From: Serratia symbiotica
Lineage (GTDB): Bacteria; Pseudomonadota; Gammaproteobacteria; Enterobacterales; Enterobacteriaceae
Length of the DNA: 32,000 bases
Direction of reading: 5' to 3'
NCBI GenBank assembly: GCA_964059975.1
Contig: CAXKXX010000002.1
Span: forward strand, 96,314-128,313
Position 1 is the stretch's first letter; each line of letters starts with the position of its first letter. Both the position numbers and the translations under genes were made by a program. Below are positions 11,732 through 20,076 of the stretch, in pieces. The notes beneath the pieces were generated by a model that did no database searches, was not told the origin of the DNA, and was given only the letters and a program-made list of their open reading frames with translations.

Positions 11732-11817
11732 TAGTGCGAAAGAAGAGATCGAATTTTCAGATTCTTAAAAGCACTAAAGTCTGAATCTGATTCGTATACC
11801 AAATTCGCCACTTTCTC
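11732..11817 (-). pseudogene. leuT: decayed tRNA-Leu (CAG) relic
   Basis: The reverse complement GAGAAAGTGGCGAATTTGGTATACGAATCAGATTCAGACTTTAGTGCTTTTAAGAATCTGAAAATTCGATCTCTTCTTTCGCACTA aligns end to end with E. coli leuT. It carries many G/C-to-A/T changes, at least one mismatch in every helix, a 1-nt deletion in the T-stem/acceptor 3' strand, and CTA in place of CCA. The CAG anticodon is still readable. Confidence 0.7.
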
Positions 11818-11846
11818 GAGCTTATAAGTCGGCCTATGAGTCTTAG

Positions 11847-11923
11847 TGGGGTGGTTAATGGGACTTGAACCCACGACATCTGGAATCACAATCCAGAGCT
11901 CTACCGACTGAGCTATAACCACC
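11847..11923 (-). tRNA. hisR: tRNA-His (GUG)
   Basis: The reverse complement reads GGTGGTTATAGCTCAGTCGGTAGAGCTCTGGATTGTGATTCCAGATGTCGTGGGTTCAAGTCCCATTAACCACCCCA. It has the G-1 typical of tRNA-His, anticodon GTG and an encoded CCA. Confidence 0.95.
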
Positions 11924-11942
11924 GTAACTTCTTCGCTTACTT

Positions 11943-11970
11943 TTAGAAGCGTTAATTTAGAAGCGTTAAT
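11943..11970. repeat. perfect 14-bp tandem duplication (TTAGAAGCGTTAAT x2) in the argX-hisR spacer
   Basis: 11943-11956 and 11957-11970 are identical, verified base by base. Confidence 0.95.
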
Positions 11971-11998
11971 CTGATAAATTTTTATGGAGCACTGTTTG

Positions 11999-12072
11999 TG
12001 CGTCCGACAGGACTCGAACCTGAGACTTCTGCCTCCGGAGGGCAGCGCTCTATCCATCTGAGCTACGGACGC
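11999..12072 (-). tRNA. argX: tRNA-Arg (CCG), 3' CCA not encoded
   Basis: The reverse complement reads GCGTCCGTAGCTCAGATGGATAGAGCGCTGCCCTCCGGAGGCAGAAGTCTCAGGTTCGAGTCCTGTCGGACGCA. It folds into a clean cloverleaf with anticodon loop CTCCGGA. The genomic sequence after discriminator A is CAA (11996-11998 = ttg on the + strand), not CCA. Confidence 0.9.
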
Positions 12073-12093
12073 ATGGTGTCGTTTCGGAAGAGC

Positions 12094-12122
12094 ATACTAC
12101 GGATTTACATTAATTCTGTCTA
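12094..12122 (-). promoter_or_regulatory. sigma70 promoter candidate for the argX-hisR-leuT-proM operon
   Basis: On the minus strand: TAGACA (12122-12117), a 17-nt spacer, then TAGTAT (12099-12094), about 20 nt upstream of the argX 5' end. It is preceded by an A/T-rich UP-like tract (AAAATTTTCTAAGAAAAT). In DNA this AT-rich, chance matches are possible. Confidence 0.4.
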
Positions 12123-12408
12123 GTGATTTTCTTAGAAAATTTTACGTTTGATTACGGCGCTGCTTTCTTCTATGCGGAGATAGCGCAATATAGTTTTTCT
12201 CCGCTAATACTTACAATGAAATAATCCTTACCAATAGAGAACTGCTTCCATCCGGTCTACACTGCATGCTAATCAGCACGTCTAAAATATAGGAAATATC
12301 TAAAATAGATACATCTAAAAGGGGAGGTGATTCAGAAAGTTAAATTTATAGATTTTAATCATTTTCATATTATAAAAGAGTGACCAGCATGCTTAATTGA
12401 TTCATTTT

Positions 12409-12450
12409 AGAAATTATAGAGCTAAATGTAGAAATTATAGAGCTAAATCT
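12409..12450. repeat. 21-bp tandem duplication (AGAAATTATAGAGCTAAATGT / ..CT), 20/21 identical
   Basis: 12409-12429 and 12430-12450 differ only at unit position 20 (g vs c). Confidence 0.95.
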
Positions 12451-14454
12451 GCAAGCATAGGCACAATATAAAACTCAAAATAAGAACTTCCTCTAAGAAT
12501 TCATAAAAATAAATTTTAGTATAAATTTTAATAATAAGGAGAACAACACTGACGGCGATATAGCTATCCGGTACATCTATGACTTTTTAAGAAGGGTTTG
12601 ATGATTGTACGAAATCTAATTAGATGTGTGCCCCAAGCTTTTAATCTGAGACATATTATGGCTATCACTACTGCCTTACTGTAAGTGCTACTGTAGCATG
12701 TAAAGAGTAATATTTAGAATTATTAAATTTTTAATATTCGGCGTCTTCATAATTTTAAATTGAAGAGCAATCATAACAAATAGACTATTTTTACCATGAT
12801 CCTATTCTAGAGAGAAAACATGATGATAGCATAGATTGCGCTAAAATAGAAGAATAAGAACAGGTTGTATAGATTACTGACACGGGATTCAATAAATTGT
12901 ACGCTTCACCATGGTCTAAGATATTAACCTAGCGCCTAGCTGTAGCTCATCAACTTGGTAATCTTAAGACATGTCCGATCTATAGAATAGAAAAGTCATT
13001 ATTTCTAGTTTCCAGAATACTAGTTTCCGTAAATCCTTAGATCAGACATCGTGATCAGCCCAACGAACACTACTATGTTGTCCCAAGCTAAATAAAATTA
13101 TTTCTACCCCAATTAGCATAGCAATGCTAATTAGGGCTTTGAGGACTTTAATAGTGGAGAACAAATATTCTAGTGCTCCTCCTCGCTGCTATTTAGCCTT
13201 CTGAGCAACGATATTTCTATACTAAATATATTAGAATCTTCGGTAATTACTAGAGGAATGCTTAGCAACTAAAACCGTAGGTAAGAACTGCTTTAATGAT
13301 TGATGAAACGATGATGATTAGTTAAAATAACCAGTTGCTTTATGGAGCGGATTCAGTAAAATTTTGGGCACTGATGCGAATAAGTAGCAGATCCTCGATT
13401 TATTGGCTCTAAGCTTCTTCGACGCATGAAACCTATACGTAGATTAATTCGAATGATAATCTGCTCACTCACTCTAATGATTGTCATTTTGAACTAGAAG
13501 ATCCTCGATATAGTTTTTTCACTTTAATTTTTATTTGATTAATACTTCTGCGCAACGGCGTGCGATATCAATCGCTTGCGTGAATCAGTGTAGTATTGTG
13601 GCAAGAGAGTCCAACTTGACCTCGATGACCTCATAGAATGAGAGATGCACATATTATTTTGATAATACAGCTTTCATCCATAGAAATACGTTTTGTATAT
13701 TCAAATAAATTGAAATTTTCAAAATCACGGATCCGCTTGCCTTTTCGTCCATTCTGACACGTACCTACTGAATATACTCATAGGTGAAGCTCATCGTATA
13801 ACTAAATTAAAATATGGCAGACACATACGTTAGTGTGATGTTCATAAATAGAGAACATTACAGGAATCCCATAAAGATGCACTCTTAGCTCCGCTCCTTG
13901 TTTTAATTAAAGTTTGTACAATTTACCAGTCATCTTCACTATTTCTACCTTTATAGAAATAAGTACTATTTTATATTCATATAAATCTAATTAGAAAACT
14001 GATTAGAGTGAGAACAACATCCGGACTAGGATAAACTATCCTAGTGATTGTTAGATAAAATCTCTATATAAAATTTATAGTTAAATCTAAATGGAAGATG
14101 GCTCACTTCGCTTAAGGCGTGATCAAGGTTCAGACGTTCTGGAAGATGAGTGCGAACTTTTAAGAATCTATGTTCTACATCATAATGTGCTCTTAACTCC
14201 AAATTTTTTCTTTAAGAGATTTTCAGGCCTCCGATATGGAAAAGATGAAAATCAAAATCGATAAAATCAAACCCTTAAGGCTTTAGACTAAACTAGAGCG
14301 TACAATTAACATCGATAAACAAAATATTGTGCATACATTTTAAATGTAACTATTAAGTCTAAGTAAATACCATAAAATATGAATACTAAAACATATTATT
14401 CCTTGGAGTTCTAATAAACATGCTATTCTTCTATCTGATTACAAGTACCAAGCG

Positions 14455-14492
14455 AATCTCAATAGAGGTAATGCATTACCTCTATTGAGATT
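14455..14492. repeat. perfect 38-bp palindrome (19-nt arms, no spacer)
   Basis: AATCTCAATAGAGGTAATG|CATTACCTCTATTGAGATT. The right arm is the exact reverse complement of the left. The flanking bases (g14454/a14493) do not pair. Confidence 0.95.
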
Positions 14493-16517
14493 AAAAATGA
14501 AATAGGTGAGATCATATTCAAATAAAATTTTTAGAAAAATGTAAAATTTTATTCGGTAGCCTAATAACTATAGACTTTATTAAAAATTTAAAAACGGGAT
14601 TTTGTATAGTTGTCCGTAAAAAATATTTTTATTTATATGACTTATTAGAGAGCCATCCAAGCATTGTCACTATATTACTAAAAGATCTTATTTAGCGCAT
14701 TAATATGTGCGCCTTCTTAATCTTCAGAGTTACTAATTAAAAAATTCATTAAACGAAATGAATTCGTCACTTAAATTAAAAGTTATTTATGATATGAAAT
14801 ACAAAAATATTCCATTAAGAAAAGGTAACATACCTAGTATGAAGATGTTTCTCTGTAAATAAAAATATATCAAGTTATTAACCGATTCGCCTTCCGGATA
14901 AGAAGATAGGACAGAACGTGCATAATTTTAATAAGTATGATCCCTGATCATAAATTCATGTATTCATCCCGATATGAAAGTACTCATATCAATTATCCTA
15001 AATATAGTTAATTCAGGACCATATAAATTTTATATGAAACATAGTAATACTCAACGAATTTGAGTGACTCTGATCAGTCACGCTCCTTTATTCATCATAT
15101 AATAATCCTTAACTCTTATATATAACTATAAAAGCCATGACGTCATTAAATAGTAAAAAATTGCTTGGTTATGATCTAGAGTAATGAGATTCGACCACCA
15201 TGAAACATAGTGTCTAAGTATATGTATTGATGATCACTTGCTAATTATACAGATCTTAATTCATCACAAGACTTTTAAAATTGTTAAGAAGAAATAGCAA
15301 AATCCCATAATAGTTATATATCAATGCCTACTGCGAATAGAAATGAGATGTACAAACTTTAATAAATATACAACTACTCTACAGAGTGAATTTTTATCTA
15401 TTCTTCATAAGAATTTTGATAAAAAAATTATAGTGAACAAATTAGTAAAAAATTTTAGATAATCATCAGATATACCACTAAATTTTTTTTGAATGCTCCA
15501 TCTTTATAAAATTTATATACTATTTTAAACTATCTTGTCATTATATAGACAGGGGGACAACCTCCTTTTGATAATTACCTATAAAAGTCATCTTATTAGA
15601 AATTTAAAAAGTTTGTTTATCCTATAATAATAAGACTAAGTAGTTATTTAATAACGACTAGTGACCCTAAAATCGTTAGAATAGAAATAAATCTTAGTAG
15701 GTGTATTCCTATAAACACTAACCTTAAAGTAGAATCATAAAAGGGAATATAGCTTACTAATATCTGGACAATGATCGTCATTCATGCATCATCTGGTGCT
15801 GAAATCAACTTCATAAAAGAGATCAATAGATTTAAAATAGGACAATACGCACTTAGATTAATGTTAAAGCGCGCATCAAAGTGATGCCTAAGTCATAATA
15901 GGAAGGTATAATGATAATAAATTTATCGGGATAAATAAATGAAGGCATTAGAAAAATTGAAAGATCATGGCTATACTAGATTTAGTGCTATCAGTTAAAT
16001 ATTAATATATCGAAATTTTCGTAGAACATATTAGGTTAAGTAGTTAAGATCTTTACTGATCTATATCCAGTTATTAAATTTTAATATAGTTATATATCAA
16101 ATAAGAGAAATAATAAATTTTTGATTCTTTCTAGGACGTTGCTGCGCAAGTACTTCATTTATAAAATTTATATTCCTCGGCATTGTATATATCGGAAATA
16201 ATATATTAATAATTTTTAGAATTACGCTAGATGAAAGATCTATTAAATTAAATAATTTTAGTTTTTTAATAGACTTGAGTAATATAAATTAAAGATATAA
16301 AAGATTTAGTTTACGACTGATAACAGTTACGATCTCTACTGATACATAAAGTTATTAATGACCGATTAAAGCGATGCCGGGATCTGAGAAAGAACCTATT
16401 GAATCCTAAAGAACAAATAATAAACTCACTATTACTTAATAGATTTTAGCAGCTTTTCCTTGTGGATTTAATAATAGTAGATAAAAATCTTAATTAATTC
16501 TGAATAAATATTCAATG

Positions 16518-16546
16518 TTCTCATGATTTCCATATAATCATGAGAA
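16518..16546. repeat. inverted repeat, 10-bp perfect arms with 9-nt spacer
   Basis: TTCTCATGAT (16518-16527), ttccatata, ATCATGAGAA (16537-16546). Confidence 0.8.
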
Positions 16547-17953
16547 TTTAGAATGCATACGCTTTGAGTTGCAGAAACAGTTAATACTTCTATCTTAGAG
16601 TCTTTTAATTTGAATTTATTTCAGACTATTTTTCACTATATTATAGTGTATTTATGCCTAATTTATAACTTGATCGAGACGGTACGCATAGCCTTTAATT
16701 ACCTTAAATTTTCTTAATTTATATAAAAATTATAATCTAAATGCAACTACACACCTGCATAGTGGCGCCTATTAGTATTTGTCACTATTTTTATAACTTT
16801 TCTAATAATTATCCGAATATTTTATAGACATGAATCTATGAACTTAATAAATTTTAATCAAATTGTAAAGATCATGAAATGAGTTCAGATCAATTTTAAT
16901 TGCTATATGATAATAATTTTTAATTAAACATTATCGAAACTAGCCTAGTTGTAAAATTAATTTTTTATGAGCTATCTCATAAATATTTAATGAACTTTTT
17001 AAATTCCAGTCATAAGTATAAATTCGCATGATGAAGGCTATAATTTTTCAAAAATAATACTCATATCAGATAAAGCATTACTAGTAGATACGATTTTTAA
17101 AAATAGCAATCACAGAATTTTTATTACTCGTGACTTAGCGCATTACTAATAGTTTATGTGCTATAGATAGAGTAGATATATTAAGTGTCTCATGTTGTCT
17201 AGTCTTCAAGAATTTATTATTAAATCCTTATTCATTCCAATTTCTAACGTAGCATCTTCTGGTTAAATATTTTATTTTTTATTTATTTTACATTGAAAAA
17301 AATCACTTGATGCGCTTAATTTAGGTTTATAAAATCCTATTCTGAAATAAGTTTTCTAGGAATGATCATTTTGAAGTATGTATTGGTAGTTGATCACTAA
17401 AAAGATTATTGATTTACGCACTTGCTAGTCGATAATTTCAATGATCGCTGTTAATTATAACAGAATAATTGATAAGGCACAGTCAGAATTTATCGAGATG
17501 GTTTTATCCTAGAATCGATCTTTTCGAAATCATATGGTCGTTTAGTAGTAAATTAATCTATTGTATCGGTAAATATCTTATACGGATACCCTTTTTGGTT
17601 TAATTCAGAATCCGGAATATAACGAACAGGACAGACGGTAGTCATTTATCTAGTAGTTCTTTAGTTTTGTGAGAGATTTTAAAAAATAACTAGACTTTCT
17701 ATGAAATAATAAGTTTCAACAGCTAAAAGCATAATTTAACTGCACATCTTAATTACTTTATATATCTTGAAATCTATTTAGATACATCCAGATAACGATC
17801 AGACTCTCAGAACTTAAGTAATGTGCGAATTTAAACGATAAAATTTAAAATAGTTATTTGTGATCTTCAGGATACTAAAATTTTTGAATAAGTAACACGC
17901 AACTTACTGAGTACAGATAGCTCTTCAACAATTTAAATAGAGCAGTGAAATTT

Positions 17954-18022
17954 AAAATATACGATACCCGCAGTCAATCTAGTGCAATAGACTATCCTCT
18001 ACCGAAGTTTCCGATAGCCTAA
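17954..18022 (-). pseudogene. wecA: fossil of wecA (UDP-GlcNAc:undecaprenyl-phosphate GlcNAc-1-P transferase) N-terminal region
   Basis: Minus-strand translation gives LGYRKLR*RIVYCTRLTAGIVYFK. E. coli WecA reads VGLVDKPNFRKRHQGLIPLVGGISVYAG, so the RK.R part of the DxPxxRKxH motif and L..GI.VY are retained. It lies ~400 nt downstream of the rho stop on the rho strand, which is the E. coli position of wecA. Confidence 0.35.
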
Positions 18023-18419
18023 TTTGTCACAAGTACATAAGTGCATTGTATTGCTTAATGACTAATAGAGAAGAAGCGGGGAAAATAGGGCAATACAATA
18101 TTAATACTTGTAGCTAGTGATTGTTTTGATAGAGGATCTCTGCAGTAAGTAAAAAGAATCACTTAGCTACCAAAAGAAATCATACTATTTTAGTTATCTT
18201 GAGGTCATTTCTTGTTCATGATAAGGGAGATTCGCAGCTATTTTGTATTCATCTGATTACTTAATAAAAATAAGTCATAATCTATAAGAACCAGCCAGCG
18301 CTATGATGGGTTCTCATTAACTGCAATAAACGGTTGAATTTTTAACGCTGCTACTGATCCTTTATGCTAAAATAAACGATATTTTAGTTTTGGTATTCTG
18401 TTGTAGGAAGGCTATGGAG

Positions 18420-19679
18420 TTATGCCCGCTTCATCATATCGAAAAATTCATCATTAGTTTTTGTCATAGCTAATTTATCAATAAGAAACTCCATTGCATC
18501 ACTTTCACCCATAGGGTGAATGATCTTTCTCAGTATCCACATTTTCTGTAATTCTTCAGATGTGGTGAGTAATTCTTCTTTACGAGTACCAGAGCGATTA
18601 TAGTCGATCGCCGGAAATACGCGTTTCTCGGCAATTTTACGTGCTAAGTGCAGCTCCATGTTGCCAGTACCTTTAAATTCTTCATAGATAACTTCATCCA
18701 TTTTCGAACCGGTATCAACTAGTGCGGTAGCGATGATAGTCAGACTGCCTCCCTCTTCAACATTACGTGCTGCCCCAAAGAAGCGCTTGGGACGATGCAA
18801 GGCGTTCGCATCTACTCCTCCTGTGAGCACTTTACCTGAAGCGGGTACTACGGTGTTGTAGGCACGCGCTAGACGGGTGATAGAGTCAAGAAGGATAACT
18901 ACATCTTTCTTGTGTTCCACCAAGCGTTTAGCCTTTTCAATGACCATTTCTGCTACTTGCACGTGTCGAGACGCTGGTTCGTCAAAGGTGGAGGCAATTA
19001 CTTCACCTTTGACTAAGCGTCGCATTTCGGTCACCTCCTCTGGACGTTCGTCAATTAGCAATACCATTAGTATACAGTCTGGATGATTACATGCGATGCT
19101 TTGTGCAATATTCTGTAGTAGCATAGTTTTTCCAGCTTTTGGCGGCGCAACAATTAAGCCTCGTTGCCCGCGTCCAATTGGTGCCGCTAGATCTAGTACG
19201 CGCGCGGTCAGATCCTCGGTTGACCCGTTTCCTCGCTCCATACGTAACCGGGAGTTAGCGTGTAGCGGGGTTAAATTTTCGAATAGGATCTTACTACGAG
19301 CATTTTCTGGTTTTTCATGGTTAACCTCGTTAACTTTTAATAAAGCAAAGTAGCGCTCCCCCTCTTTTGGTGGCCTAATTTTACCGGAAATAGTATCGCC
19401 TGTTCGGAGGTTAAAACGACGGATTTGGCTGGGGGATACATAAATGTCGTCGGGGCCTGCGAGGTAGGAGCTATCTCCAGATCGAAGGAAGCCGAAACCA
19501 TCCTGTAAAATTTCTAGAACCCCGTCGCCGAATATATCCTCTCCGCTTTTTGCGTGTTGCTTTAGAATAGAGAAGATAATATCTTGCTTACGCATTCGAG
19601 CAAGGTTTTCCAGCCCTATATTTTCGCCGAGAGTAATTAGATGAGAGACTGGGGTATTTTTTAATTCGGTAAGATTCAT
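18420..19679 (-). CDS. rho: transcription termination factor Rho
   Basis: 419 aa, the same length as E. coli Rho and nearly identical to it: [12 protein letters not shown].., Walker A PPKAGKT, and the RNA-binding domain FGFLR. Confidence 0.98.
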   Translation of the reverse strand: MNLTELKNTPVSHLITLGENIGLENLARMRKQDIIFSILKQHAKSGEDIFGDGVLEILQDGFGFLRSGDSSYLAGPDDIYVSPSQIRRFNLRTGDTISGKIRPPKEGERYFALLKVNEVNHEKPENARSKILFENLTPLHANSRLRMERGNGSTEDLTARVLDLAAPIGRGQRGLIVAPPKAGKTMLLQNIAQSIACNHPDCILMVLLIDERPEEVTEMRRLVKGEVIASTFDEPASRHVQVAEMVIEKAKRLVEHKKDVVILLDSITRLARAYNTVVPASGKVLTGGVDANALHRPKRFFGAARNVEEGGSLTIIATALVDTGSKMDEVIYEEFKGTGNMELHLARKIAEKRVFPAIDYNRSGTRKEELLTTSEELQKMWILRKIIHPMGESDAMEFLIDKLAMTKTNDEFFDMMKRA

Positions 19680-19793
19680 AGTGGTGGATTCTTAAACTCG
19701 GGGTGTGTCTTGAACTTTTATCGTGAATGGTATGGCAGTGTGATACGTGCCCGTTTCTAGATTTTCGATCACTAGGTACTGAACGATCACGGT

Positions 19794-19820
19794 AAAAAGT
19801 AGCTTGCACTGCGTGCAGGC
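19794..19820 (-). promoter_or_regulatory. hairpin plus T-run (intrinsic terminator/attenuator-like) in the trxA-rho spacer (rho leader)
   Basis: The minus strand reads GCCTGCAC-GCA-GTGCAAGC, an 8-bp stem with one G.U pair, followed by TACTTTTTACC. It lies ~115 nt upstream of the rho ATG and ~260 nt downstream of the trxA stop. Confidence 0.35.
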
Positions 19821-20022
19821 ATTATGTTGATGGTTGAGTATCAAAAGTACCTTAACATTGGTTTATATAACCGATTTATTGTTAAATACAAGCCGTGTTC
19901 ATTTTCCTTTGAACGCTATTGGATTAACATAGAGCAAAGCTTAGATTTAAATTATTTAGATTTAAAGCTTCGGACGAGTTCTATTTGAAGTGTAATTAAA
20001 CTTAGCATGCTTACTAGTGGGC

Positions 20023-20051
20023 GTCTAGCAATGAATTAAGCATCGCTAGAC
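20023..20051 (-). terminator. imperfect 11-bp inverted repeat just downstream of trxA (possible decayed terminator stem, no U-tract)
   Basis: The minus strand reads GTCTAGCGATG-cttaatt-CATTGCTAGAC (one G.U pair), starting 26 nt after the trxA stop. No T-run follows it. Confidence 0.2.
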
Positions 20052-20076
20052 TTTAGCTATTAGATTTCTTATTTGA

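Noticed and set aside
11731-12057. 108-aa ORF (-) spanning the tRNA cluster
   Set aside because: It runs straight through tRNA-Arg, tRNA-His and the leuT relic on their own strand. It is an artefact of stop-free structured RNA genes.
13389-13509. 11-mer AGATCCTCGAT repeated 110 bp apart, and 9-11-bp direct repeats at ~15-nt spacing (13005-13028 CTAGTTTCC x2; 19941-19966 TTAGATTTAAA x2; 11435-11466 ATTTTAATCTATT x2; 12281-12320 TCTAAAA x3)
   Set aside because: Each is individually near chance expectation for short words in this amount of AT-rich sequence. They are not a regular array: there are no constant repeat or spacer lengths, so this is not CRISPR or iterons. I note them only as weak support for slippage.
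14328-14350. ttgtgcatacattttaaatgtaac examined as a possible dif (XerCD) site
   Set aside because: It matches the GGTGCGCATAA-TGTATA-TTATGTTAAAT consensus poorly in both arms, and the location is not expected near rho.
15310-16100. 15-mer ATAGTTATATATCAA present twice (15310-15324 and 16086-16100)
   Set aside because: 13 of its 15 bases are A/T, so in a ~6-kb region of ~80% AT a repeated 15-mer of this composition is about what chance predicts. The flanks do not extend the match.
18877-19353. ORFs 18877-19086(+) and 19096-19353(+) antisense to rho
   Set aside because: They are shadow ORFs inside a near-perfectly conserved rho gene.
19588-19809. 73-aa ORF (-) spanning the rho leader and rho start, considered as rhoL
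   Set aside because: It has a GTG start, is out of frame with rho and overlaps it by 90 nt, and has no similarity to E. coli RhoL (MRSEQISGSSLNPSCRFSSAYSPVTRQRKDMSR). It is likely spurious.
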